Shown: positions 1 through 8,563 of the stretch, piece by piece
Layout: each line of letters begins with the position of its first letter
Numbering within the stretch: position 1 is the first letter of the stretch
NCBI GenBank assembly: GCA_964514455.1
Contig: CAZEWI010000001.1
Coordinates: 1 to 40,816, forward strand
Length of the DNA stretch: 40,816 bases
From: an uncultured Bacteroidales bacterium
GTDB taxonomy: Bacteria; Pseudomonadota; Alphaproteobacteria; Rs-D84
Direction of reading: 5' to 3'
The notes under the pieces: model-generated
Databases searched by the model: none
Seen by the model: only the letters and a program-made list of their open reading frames with translations
Told to the model about the DNA's origin: nothing
Translations under genes and position numbers: made by a program

Positions 1-2
1 AT

Positions 3-653
3 ATTCTTGGTGATGAAGATCATCTTGGAGATATGGATTTCAAAGTTACTGGAACTGATTCTGGTGTGACCGCTCTTCAAATGGATATCAAAATTACTTC
101 TATAACTTTTGAAATTATGAAGCAGGCTCTTAAACAAGCAAAAGAAGGCCGCTTACATATCTTGGGAATTATGACTAGTGCTATTAAAGAGCCTAGAAAA
201 GAATTATCAAAATACGCTCCTCAAACAGTTATGATGAAAATCAATACTGATAAAATTCGTGAGGTTATTGGTAAAGGCGGTAGTGTTATTCAAGATATTA
301 TCAAGAAAACTAATACTGCTATTGATATTGCTGATGACGGCACAATTAAAATAACTGCTAATGATATTGAAGATATAAATCAAGCAAAAGCAATGATAAA
401 TAACATTGTTGCTGAACCTGAAGTTGGACAAATTTACGAAGGTGAAGTTGTTTCAATTAAAGATTTTGGTGCTTTTGTAAAGTTCTTTGGTTCAAATGAA
501 GGACTTGTTCATATTTCTGAAATCACAGGCGAAAGACTTGAAACTATGAAAGAGTCTGGTCTTAAAGAAGGTCAAAAAGTTAAAGTTAAATTCCAAGGTT
601 TTGATAAACGCGGAAAAATTAAATTGACTATGGTCGGTGTAAAACAAGACTAA
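3..653 (+). CDS. pnp: Polyribonucleotide nucleotidyltransferase (PNPase), 5'-truncated by the window edge; end of RNase PH2, KH and S1 domains
   Basis: Frame is open from base 3: [18 protein letters not shown]...ALQMDIK, KH motif [13 protein letters not shown]1 motif FGAFV...EGLVHISEI. Confidence 0.97.
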   Translation: MLGDEDHLGDMDFKVTGTDSGVTALQMDIKITSITFEIMKQALKQAKEGRLHILGIMTSAIKEPRKELSKYAPQTVMMKINTDKIREVIGKGGSVIQDIIKKTNTAIDIADDGTIKITANDIEDINQAKAMINNIVAEPEVGQIYEGEVVSIKDFGAFVKFFGSNEGLVHISEITGERLETMKESGLKEGQKVKVKFQGFDKRGKIKLTMVGVKQD

Positions 654-671
654 TTGATTTAGTTTATAAAC

Positions 672-699
672 AAAAAAACCGGTAATTGCCGGTTTTTTT
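672..699 (+). terminator. Rho-independent terminator after pnp (bidirectional form)
   Basis: AAAAAAACCGG-TAATTG-CCGGTTTTTTT, 19 bp after the pnp stop. Confidence 0.85.
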
Positions 700-702
700 A
701 TA

Positions 703-731
703 TTGAAATGAAATTTAATATATGATATAAT
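703..731 (+). promoter_or_regulatory. Sigma70-type promoter with extended -10 for the 756 ORF
   Basis: TTGAAA (703-708), 17 bp, TATAAT (726-731) preceded by TGA; SD AAGGAGGA just upstream of ATG 756. Confidence 0.7.
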
Positions 732-755
732 AGTAGCATTACAAGGAGGAGAGTA

Positions 756-1148
756 ATGAAAAAATTTTTAATTTTAAGTTCATTTTTAGTGCTAGGGGTA
801 ATTTCAAATGCTTCCGCTGGAACTTTTATGCCTGTTAGAGATACTGTGAAAATGGCAAAATCTTTAATGGAAGAAGGTTATGATGTGAAATTTAGCTGTC
901 ATAGCGGTTTTTGTTGTGGATCTACTGGGTATCATCAAAGTTCTGACGATCTTTATCCTATAATATATTTTGATGAATTTAATGAAGAGTATTATAAAGA
1001 TTGCGAAAATAACAGGCCTGAGATGGAGTTTGACAGAGATGTTTTTCCTCCTAAAAATCAGAAAAAAGCAGCACCTTTTTTCGCTGAAGATCCAGAACCA
1101 ATAAACACAAAGCCTCAAATGCCTTTTAATATAGTTATTTCTAAATAA
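756..1148 (+). CDS. Hypothetical exported protein, 130 aa, four Cys
   Basis: Strong SD; Sec signal MKKFLILSSFLVLGVISNASA; SCHSGFCCG motif; no family recognised. Confidence 0.75.
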   Translation: MKKFLILSSFLVLGVISNASAGTFMPVRDTVKMAKSLMEEGYDVKFSCHSGFCCGSTGYHQSSDDLYPIIYFDEFNEEYYKDCENNRPEMEFDRDVFPPKNQKKAAPFFAEDPEPINTKPQMPFNIVISK

Positions 1149-1170
1149 TTTATATTTTATAAAAATATTT

Positions 1171-1226
1171 TACCTGTATTATCAGGTCTTCGCAAAATTG
1201 CGGTTCTCGCAATGACGGGGTATAAT
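1171..1226. repeat. Degenerate GC-rich palindromic element (right arm CTCGCAATGACGGGGTA)
   Basis: 27 of 60 bases are G/C at 1171-1230, unlike the other intergenic DNA; internal hairpins ACCTG/CAGGT and CGCAA/TTGCG; 1171-1180 imperfectly pairs with 1211-1222. Confidence 0.4.
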
Positions 1227-1309
1227 GTGCCTTATGAAATTCACTGACTAAATCAGCAAATGACATCATAAAAACAGGAACTGCGATGCAGAAAAGATAG
1301 TTTAATATA

Positions 1310-1870
1310 TTATAATGTAGTTCCTAAAATTCCGTGGAAAAAGTTATCTGTTTCACGAATCGTTTTCATAACTTTTTTTGGATTTAATGTCTGCATTAAA
1401 GTTAAAATTGTTCCGTGTGATGTTGGGAGCATATCACTAATATGGACACTCTCACGAGGCAGTTTTTCAAAAAACTTTGACTCTGGTTTTATTTCAGCCA
1501 CCATCAATGGTTTATCCGACTTAGTTTTTTGACATTTTGCTATATAAATTATACATTCAGGAGATGCTATAATCTTACTAGTAATTTGAGGTGATGGGCA
1601 TCTATTTGTTTGAGTCAATGGAAACCACCAACCATGAGAATTTGAAAAAACTGGAATACACAGCGAAATATCAGGATATTTTTCCCATAAAGTTTTAATA
1701 TCTTCTATGGATTCTATCATATGAATAGGGGTGCCGGTTATATCAAGTTCTGAAACTGTTTTGAAACATGTGTGATACTGATTTTTTGATAACTTAGAAA
1801 AAGCCCTATCTGACGATGGCCAAAATAAAGCATAACTTGGTGGAAAAACGCTATCTACAAACTCTCTCAT
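1310..1870 (-). CDS. Hypothetical protein, 186 aa
   Basis: Long ORF with no competing ORF; extended -10 (TGATATAAT) 6 nt upstream of the ATG; no family recognised. Confidence 0.7.
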   Translation of the reverse strand: MREFVDSVFPPSYALFWPSSDRAFSKLSKNQYHTCFKTVSELDITGTPIHMIESIEDIKTLWEKYPDISLCIPVFSNSHGWWFPLTQTNRCPSPQITSKIIASPECIIYIAKCQKTKSDKPLMVAEIKPESKFFEKLPRESVHISDMLPTSHGTILTLMQTLNPKKVMKTIRETDNFFHGILGTTL

Positions 1871-1924
1871 AAAAACATTATATCATAAAAATTGGCCTAA
1901 AATCATAAAAAAACTTGTTTTTTA

Positions 1925-4723
1925 CTACAAAAACTCCTTGACACGAGCCAAATGAGCATATTTTTCCTCATTTTTCTGATAATTGTTAGTTGCTCTATAT
2001 TTATATGGATTTTTCTCATTATTATAATAATAAAGCCATTTATTTAGATTCTCTTCTGTAATTTCAATCAAATTATCTATGTCTTCTGAATCATCATAAT
2101 TCAAAACTTTTATATTTTTACTAGAACCTTGAAGTATTTGAATGACTATGGCTGAAGTGTTTTTTAAGCCTGTATAACCGCCTTTTTTCAAAATCAATGC
2201 CTCTATCGCCAGTTGAGGTTTTTTGAAATTCTTCATCATAGTTATATTTGGAATGTTTGAACCAGTCTTTATATCCATTATATAAGATGTATCATTATTT
2301 TGCCAAATTTTATCTGCTTTTGCTGTTATTACAATCCCCGAATCGGTTTTAATCTCGCCCGTATATTCAGTCCAAGATTTATCACTTTTATGAGAAGCCC
2401 ATAAATCTATGACTTGTTTTGATATATCTACAAATCTTTGATTCCAAAAACCATATAAATATGAATTTTTTGAAATATATTTTAAGGCTTCTTTTTGAAA
2501 ATCTTCAATTAAATTTTGTTCCGTTATATCTTTATCTATTTTTTCTAAAACATTATGAATTAAATTTCCAAAATCCATAGGCATTACATCTCTATTAATT
2601 TCGTCTTTTGGATAAAGACTTAAAATTTTGCTAGCATAAAATTCATACGGATTATTTCTCCATTTTTCTATATTTGTTGCTGCTATTTTTTGAGGCCTGT
2701 ATTCCAATGGTGGATTGGCAAAAATACCAGTGTTTTTATCATTCTTTGTAAAGTTTTTCAAAGGAGTATTTAATTCTTTTGCGGATTCTAAATACACATT
2801 TGAATCAGATAATCCGACCTTTAATTTATTTAATAAAATTTTTACTCTGGATAAAAATCTGGATTCCGAGGCCATACTTGAACCGAGTTTTTTTGAACGA
2901 ACCCAATAGACTTGTGGAGCAGATGATAATGTTATAAAATCCAAAGCCATTAAACCAATTTTACGAATCGCTTTTGGCCAGCCAATTTTATCTGCCATTT
3001 TATTATTTAACCAAGGGTGGCTAAACCCAAGTTTTGGAAATAAACCATCATTTAATCCTGCTAAAATAATAATATCTGTTTTAATCATACGGGCTTCTTG
3101 AGTTCCCATTACAAAGATGTTTGTATCTTTCGCTTCCCGAATTGATATTCCAGATAAAGTCTGATTTAATAACGATATATAATCGTCCCAATCCAAGTCT
3201 GTTAAAATCTTTTCAATATTATTTTGAGACTCTTCTAATTTTATTAAAACTTGTTTTGATTCATCACTATAAATTTCACTATCTTGCTGTCCTTTATCAT
3301 CTATTGTTAGTTTATCAAATATATCTAAAATTTGATTAAAACAAGATTCTTCTTTTTTTACTTCATTTAATTTTACTAATTTATCAATCCAAATCAAAAA
3401 TTCATCAGAAAACTTTTTATGTCTTTCTGTTGCAATTCTATCTATAAAAGACGGTAATTCTGTTAAATCATTTACTAAATATAATCCACTAAAAACATCG
3501 TTTTCTAAAATAGAAACAAAAAGTTTATGATTGAATTCTGATTCTCCAAAATAAACCCATTTATGTTTTAACAAACTTAAAATATCAATTGGATTATTTT
3601 TTGTTTTTATAAATTTAGCAATTCTTAAAAATAATTGCCCAATCAAAATTTCACTACCAGATTTTCCACTGGAAAAATCCGCAGAGATTCCATAATTTTC
3701 AAAATCAACTTTTAGTCTATTAGTTAGTCCTATATCTGGACTTATAACAGCAATAGATTTATTTTCTTTATGTTTTTCACTAACTATTAAACTAATTAGT
3801 TTAGAAGATACAGCCTCATCATCGCATTCTATATTTGATATATTCAATTTATTTAATTCAGTTTTTGACTCTGGATTTCCGTATAAGTAAAATGCATCTG
3901 ATAAAAATTTATTTGTAGAATTATCCCCTGTATCTATTATTTCAATATCATTTGGTTCTAAATCTAAATGCTTTAACAAATTAAAAATACCAAAATATGG
4001 ATGATGTTCTGATTCTGTTTTTAGAACTAAATCCATTTCATTTTTAGTCATTAAACTGACATTTCCAGGAAGTAAAATTTTACCATTTTTATTATGATAA
4101 ACTGCCTGAATTAAATCAGAGGTAATAGGTGCAGATGCTGTTGAGCCACAAACTATAATTCTGTTATAATTATCAAGTTTATTTTTCCAATTCTTTGTTG
4201 AAACTATATTTGATTTTGCTTTTGTTATAGAATTAAAATCACTTGCTAAAATAGCCGGTAAAACCCTTGTAGTTAAATCAAAAAATTTAGCCTTGTCTTC
4301 AAAATTTTTTGCTAGATTTGTGTCATCAATTAAACTGGTCCAGTCTGGAATTTCTAAATCTTCCACCGTCATAGTATTAAACATTTTAATCAGACTTTCA
4401 GCCATAGGTAATAAAAATCTTACATGTAATTCTGGTGATTTTTTTTGAAGAAGTTTTATAACTAAAAAAAGTTCAATTTGAGAATCTATAATATCTTGGT
4501 CTTCGTTATCTTCTCCTGTTCCAATCGCAATCATTTCAGGAAGTATTGTTGTCCCAATTTTTTCGGCTAGCATTTTTTGGCAAAGTCTAATTGCTCGGTG
4601 AGATGGTAAAAATAGCAATGTTTTTTCAAAATTATTGATTTCTGGCTCTAATAAACTCCATAGTCCATCTATTAAATTAAAGGGATTTGAACAAGTAAAA
4701 ATTTTTTTATTGAGGTTTTTCAT
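1925..4723 (-). CDS. addB: Double-strand break repair protein AddB (inactive helicase-like domain plus C-terminal PD-(D/E)XK nuclease)
   Basis: N-terminal LFLPSHRA...ILPEMIAIG, IILAGLNDGLFP, VRSKKLG...ESRFLSR, NPYEFYA..IL, AKADKI...IMDIKTG, PQLAIEA: typical of alphaproteobacterial AddB. Confidence 0.88.
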   Translation of the reverse strand: MKNLNKKIFTCSNPFNLIDGLWSLLEPEINNFEKTLLFLPSHRAIRLCQKMLAEKIGTTILPEMIAIGTGEDNEDQDIIDSQIELFLVIKLLQKKSPELHVRFLLPMAESLIKMFNTMTVEDLEIPDWTSLIDDTNLAKNFEDKAKFFDLTTRVLPAILASDFNSITKAKSNIVSTKNWKNKLDNYNRIIVCGSTASAPITSDLIQAVYHNKNGKILLPGNVSLMTKNEMDLVLKTESEHHPYFGIFNLLKHLDLEPNDIEIIDTGDNSTNKFLSDAFYLYGNPESKTELNKLNISNIECDDEAVSSKLISLIVSEKHKENKSIAVISPDIGLTNRLKVDFENYGISADFSSGKSGSEILIGQLFLRIAKFIKTKNNPIDILSLLKHKWVYFGESEFNHKLFVSILENDVFSGLYLVNDLTELPSFIDRIATERHKKFSDEFLIWIDKLVKLNEVKKEESCFNQILDIFDKLTIDDKGQQDSEIYSDESKQVLIKLEESQNNIEKILTDLDWDDYISLLNQTLSGISIREAKDTNIFVMGTQEARMIKTDIIILAGLNDGLFPKLGFSHPWLNNKMADKIGWPKAIRKIGLMALDFITLSSAPQVYWVRSKKLGSSMASESRFLSRVKILLNKLKVGLSDSNVYLESAKELNTPLKNFTKNDKNTGIFANPPLEYRPQKIAATNIEKWRNNPYEFYASKILSLYPKDEINRDVMPMDFGNLIHNVLEKIDKDITEQNLIEDFQKEALKYISKNSYLYGFWNQRFVDISKQVIDLWASHKSDKSWTEYTGEIKTDSGIVITAKADKIWQNNDTSYIMDIKTGSNIPNITMMKNFKKPQLAIEALILKKGGYTGLKNTSAIVIQILQGSSKNIKVLNYDDSEDIDNLIEITEENLNKWLYYYNNEKNPYKYRATNNYQKNEEKYAHLARVKEFL

Positions 4724-4738
4724 AATAATGATTATGAT
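4710..4738 (+). promoter_or_regulatory. Sigma70-type promoter for xth, overlapping the addB start codon
   Basis: TTGAGG (4710-4715), 17 bp, TATGAT (4733-4738). Confidence 0.5.
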
Positions 4739-4759
4739 TCATAATATATTAAAAATCAA
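4731..4759 (-). promoter_or_regulatory. Sigma70-type promoter for addB
   Basis: Minus strand: TTGATT (4759-4754), 17 bp, CATAAT (4736-4731), 7 nt before the ATG. Confidence 0.55.
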
Positions 4760-4772
4760 GAAAGGAGTTTTT

Positions 4773-5549
4773 ATGAAAATCGCAACTTGGAATGTCAATA
4801 GTATTCGTGCAAGAATGGAAAGTTTTTTATCTTGGATTAAAGAAGAAAATCCAGATGTTATTATGATTCAAGAATTAAAAGTTATTGATTCTATGTTCCC
4901 TTTTAATATTTTTGATTGTCTGGGCTACAATATCAAAGTTTATGGACAAAAATCTTGGAATGGAGTGGCTATTTTTTCTAAATACTCCATAGAAGATGTC
5001 GTTAGAGGACTCCCAGATTATCCAGATCAAAATGCTAGATTTATAGAATGTTTAATTGATGGAAAAATTCGCCTTATAAATGTCTATATGCCTAATGGAG
5101 AGGCCGAAGATAGTCCAAAATTCCCTTATAAATTAGAATGGATGCATGCTTTTACGGATTATATTAAAGGATTTGTTGATTCAGAAGAGCCAGTTTTTAT
5201 TGGTGGAGATTTTAATGTTGCTCTGTTGGATAGAGATATTTATAATCCTGCTGCTTATAAAGGTTCTTCTATTTCTGCTCCTGCAGCAAGAGAAATTATG
5301 TCTGGCTGGATAAATAATCAAGGTTGGACCGATGTTTTTCGTTATAAAAATCCAGACTTAGAAAAGGCTTATACTTGGTGGGGATATAGGGGTAATGGCT
5401 TAGAAAAAGATTATGGCATTTTATTAGATTATTTTCTGGCAAATAAAGCCGCTTTAAGTCTTGTAAAAGATTGTAATATAGACAAAAAACCTAGATATCA
5501 CAAAGGTGCAAGTGATCATGCTCCTTTGATAATGGACATAATAAATTAG
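4773..5549 (+). CDS. xth: Exodeoxyribonuclease III / AP endonuclease
   Basis: MKIATWNVNS, QELK, YMPNG, GDFN, YTWWGYR, LDYFL, SDHAP; start moved to ATG 4773 after SD AAGGAG. Confidence 0.96.
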   Translation: MKIATWNVNSIRARMESFLSWIKEENPDVIMIQELKVIDSMFPFNIFDCLGYNIKVYGQKSWNGVAIFSKYSIEDVVRGLPDYPDQNARFIECLIDGKIRLINVYMPNGEAEDSPKFPYKLEWMHAFTDYIKGFVDSEEPVFIGGDFNVALLDRDIYNPAAYKGSSISAPAAREIMSGWINNQGWTDVFRYKNPDLEKAYTWWGYRGNGLEKDYGILLDYFLANKAALSLVKDCNIDKKPRYHKGASDHAPLIMDIIN

Positions 5550-5578
5550 TTGTATTTTAATTTTTTATTTGCTATGCT
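5550..5578 (+). promoter_or_regulatory. Sigma70-type promoter for the frr-bamA operon
   Basis: TTGTAT, 17 bp, TATGCT; SD AAGGAG before ATG 5605. Confidence 0.5.
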
Positions 5579-5604
5579 ACACAAAACATAAGAAGGAGTA
5601 ATAT

Positions 5605-6168
5605 ATGTTTGATTGGAATTTATTACAAGAAGAAGCAAATTTAAGAACAAAACAAACTCTTGAAGTTCTTAAAACTGAATATACTGGACTTCGTACTAGT
5701 CGTGCAAGTGTAAATATGCTTGATCCTATTCGTGTTGATGTCTATGGTTCTTTAATGCCTGTAAATCAACTTGCATCTATTTCAACCCCAGAGGCTCAAA
5801 CTATTTCAGTTTCCGTTTGGGACTCATCTGTCGTTTCTAAAATTGAAAAAGCAATTCGTGAATCTGGTCTTGGATTAAATCCTCAGGTTGATGGAACTTT
5901 AATTCGTCTTCGTTTGCCAATATTGACTGAGGAAAGACGTAAAGAATTAGTAAAAGTAGCAAGAGAATATGCTGAAAAATCTCAGGTTGCTTGTCGTAAT
6001 ATTCGTCAGGACATTATGCAGAAAATCAAAAAAGCAGAAGCAGATAAAGAAATCTCTGAAGACGATAGAAAAAAATATGAAGAAGATATTCAAAAAGTTT
6101 TTGATGCTCGTTCAGTTGAAATTTCTGATATAGCTAAACTCAAAGAACAAGATATTATGAGTGTATAA
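5605..6168 (+). CDS. frr: Ribosome recycling factor
   Basis: LRTSRAS..MLDPIRVDVYGSLMPVNQLA, GLGLNPQVDG, LTEERRKELVK. Confidence 0.97.
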   Translation: MFDWNLLQEEANLRTKQTLEVLKTEYTGLRTSRASVNMLDPIRVDVYGSLMPVNQLASISTPEAQTISVSVWDSSVVSKIEKAIRESGLGLNPQVDGTLIRLRLPILTEERRKELVKVAREYAEKSQVACRNIRQDIMQKIKKAEADKEISEDDRKKYEEDIQKVFDARSVEISDIAKLKEQDIMSV

Positions 6169-6170
6169 CT

Positions 6171-6878
6171 ATGATTCCTAATCATATTGCTTTTATTTGC
6201 GATGGTAATGGTCGTTGGGCTACCGCACAGGGTAAAAAAAGGACTTATGGTCATAAAATGGGTGAAAAAGTTTTTGAACCTGTTGTAAATTACCTGTTAA
6301 AACAAGGTGTTTCTACTATCACATTTTTTGTTTTTTCTACTGAAAATTGGAAAAGGTCTGAAGAGGAAGTAAATTACCTTATGGAGAGATTTGAGTATGG
6401 ATTAAAATCTCAGGCTGATATGGCTATGAAAAAAAATCTTAGGATTAGAATTCTTGGAAGAAGAGATAGAATCTCTAAAAAGATTTTAACTTTAATTGAA
6501 AAAATTGAAAAAGACACTTCTGAAAATACTGCGGGAACTCTTTGTTTTTGTTTAGATTACGGCGGACAGAATGATATTGCTGAGGCAGGAAAACAAATTG
6601 CACTAGATGCTAAAAATGGAATTATAGAACCTGAGAATATAAATGAAGAGATTTTTGGTAGTTATTTGCCAGATGCTGATATAATCCCCATTGATTTAGT
6701 TGTTAGAACTAGTATGGAACGAAGAATATCTAATTTTATGCTGTGGCATTTGGCTTATAGTGAGTTGGTTTTTATTCCTGAATATTGGCCAGAAATGAAT
6801 GAAAAAATTTTAGCAAGAATTTTAGATGATTATCAAAATAGAGACAGAAGATTTGGAGGACTCAATGAAAAAAAATAA
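6171..6878 (+). CDS. uppS: Undecaprenyl diphosphate synthase (cis-prenyltransferase)
   Basis: PNHIAFICDGNGRWA, FSTENWKRS, YGGQ, RTSMERRISNFMLWHLAYSEL, RDRRFGG. Confidence 0.96.
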   Translation: MIPNHIAFICDGNGRWATAQGKKRTYGHKMGEKVFEPVVNYLLKQGVSTITFFVFSTENWKRSEEEVNYLMERFEYGLKSQADMAMKKNLRIRILGRRDRISKKILTLIEKIEKDTSENTAGTLCFCLDYGGQNDIAEAGKQIALDAKNGIIEPENINEEIFGSYLPDADIIPIDLVVRTSMERRISNFMLWHLAYSELVFIPEYWPEMNEKILARILDDYQNRDRRFGGLNEKK

Positions 6879-7512
6879 TACACTATTAAGAATCAGTTCT
6901 TCTATAATAATGTTTTTAATTTTGTTATCATTATTTATTTTTCCTAATTTATTGCCTTGGGTAGGTGGATTTGTTTTCGGTGGAATTTTATGGGAATGGG
7001 AGTCTATATTCAAAAAAGCCGGCTTTTTTACAGATTATAATTTTAGATTAAATGCTATAGGTTTAATTTGGATTTTAATTTTAATAGCCTCATTTATTTA
7101 TCTTTTATCAATGCCTGTGTTTTTACTTTGGTTATTACTAATTGTTGTCGCAACCGATATAGGAGGCTGGGCTTTTGGAAAAACTTTCAAAACTGATAAA
7201 TTATGGGAAAAAGTTAGTCCTAATAAAACTTGGGGTGGTCAAATTTTTGGAATAATTATGGCTATGATTATAAGTGGATTTTTTGGATTTTATTTCAAAA
7301 ATCCTCCTTTTATTATGTGTGCTTTTCTTGGTGTTTGTTTTTCTTTGTTTGCTCAATATGGAGATTTAACTATGTCTTGGGTAAAGAGAAAATATGGAAT
7401 TAAAGATTTTTCAAATCTAATTCCAGGTCATGGTGGATTTTTTGATAGATTTGATGGGTGGATTTATACTTTGCCCATGATGGCTATCTTTGTAAAACTA
7501 ATAATAGGATAA
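6865..7512 (+). CDS. cdsA: Phosphatidate cytidylyltransferase
   Basis: DIGGWAFGK, SPNKTWGG, GDLTMSWVKRKYGIKDFSNLIPGHGGFFDRFD; start at ATG 6865 after GGAGGA. Confidence 0.95.
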   Translation: MKKNNTLLRISSSIIMFLILLSLFIFPNLLPWVGGFVFGGILWEWESIFKKAGFFTDYNFRLNAIGLIWILILIASFIYLLSMPVFLLWLLLIVVATDIGGWAFGKTFKTDKLWEKVSPNKTWGGQIFGIIMAMIISGFFGFYFKNPPFIMCAFLGVCFSLFAQYGDLTMSWVKRKYGIKDFSNLIPGHGGFFDRFDGWIYTLPMMAIFVKLIIG

Positions 7513-7516
7513 TAAT

Positions 7517-8563
7517 ATGTTATATGGAATAATCGGATTTTTTATAATTTTACCAATAGTTGTTTTAATTCATGAATTAGGGCATTTTTTAGCCGCTAGA
7601 TATTTTGGTATTCGTGTTGATGCTTTCTCAATAGGTTTTGGAAAGCCTATTATAAAATGGAAAGATAAAAAAGGAACAGAATGGAGAATTGCTTGGATTC
7701 CTCTGGGTGGATATGTTTCTTTATACGGACAAGATATGTTGTTTGAAAGAGAAAAATATAAAGATTTACCAAAAGCAGAAAAAAAAGATCATTATTTGTC
7801 AGTATCGGCTTGGAAGCAAGCAATAGTTATTTCTGCTGGTGTAATTTTCAATTTTATTTTAGCATTTTTAATTTACTTATTTATATTTAGTTTTAGCCCT
7901 ATAAAACAAGTTCCTGCTTATGTTGGAAATGTTATGGAAGACTCAATTGCTTTGAAACAAGATATAAGAAAAGGTGATAAAATAACTTCTATCAATGGTT
8001 TTCAAATTTTAAGTTTTGATGATATTAGAAATGTCAAAATTAAAAAACCAGCAAAAGAATATAATTTAGAAATTGAAAGAAATAATAAAACAATTACTAA
8101 AATAGTATCTGGTGATGTTTGGGGAATTGAAATTGATGAAACTAAATCTATAACTCTAAAAAAGACTCCTTTATTAGTTTTAGAAAAAGCATCAGAAAAA
8201 TTTTATTCTGAATGTTCTACTATTTATTATGTATTAAAACAAATTATTACAGGTGATAGAAGTTCTAAACAATTAGGTAGTTTTTTAAGTATTGCTCAAG
8301 TCTCTGGAAGTGCATTGCTAGCAGGATTTATGGCTATGCTAAGTTTAATTGCTATGATTAGCATAAATTTAGGAATAATCAATTTATTACCTATACCAGC
8401 CCTTGATGGAGGATACTTATTTATTCTTTTAATAGAAGGAATTATAAGACGAAAATTATCTGGAAAATATATGAAAATTTTATTCACTATTGGCTGGATT
8501 TTTATAATAGGATTATTTATACTCACTATGAAAAACGATATAGTTAGGGTCTTTATTAAATGA
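7517..8563 (+). CDS. rseP: RIP metalloprotease RseP (site-2 protease, one PDZ domain)
   Basis: HELGH, FSIGFG, IPLGGYV, GDKITSING (PDZ), NLLPIPALDGG. Confidence 0.95.
   Translation: MLYGIIGFFIILPIVVLIHELGHFLAARYFGIRVDAFSIGFGKPIIKWKDKKGTEWRIAWIPLGGYVSLYGQDMLFEREKYKDLPKAEKKDHYLSVSAWKQAIVISAGVIFNFILAFLIYLFIFSFSPIKQVPAYVGNVMEDSIALKQDIRKGDKITSINGFQILSFDDIRNVKIKKPAKEYNLEIERNNKTITKIVSGDVWGIEIDETKSITLKKTPLLVLEKASEKFYSECSTIYYVLKQIITGDRSSKQLGSFLSIAQVSGSALLAGFMAMLSLIAMISINLGIINLLPIPALDGGYLFILLIEGIIRRKLSGKYMKILFTIGWIFIIGLFILTMKNDIVRVFIK

Noticed and set aside
7012-7029. Perfect 18-bp palindrome AAAAAAGCCGGCTTTTTT inside cdsA
   Set aside because: Encodes KKAGFF; as a hairpin it has only one G-C pair, and A/T tracts make such symmetry likely by chance.
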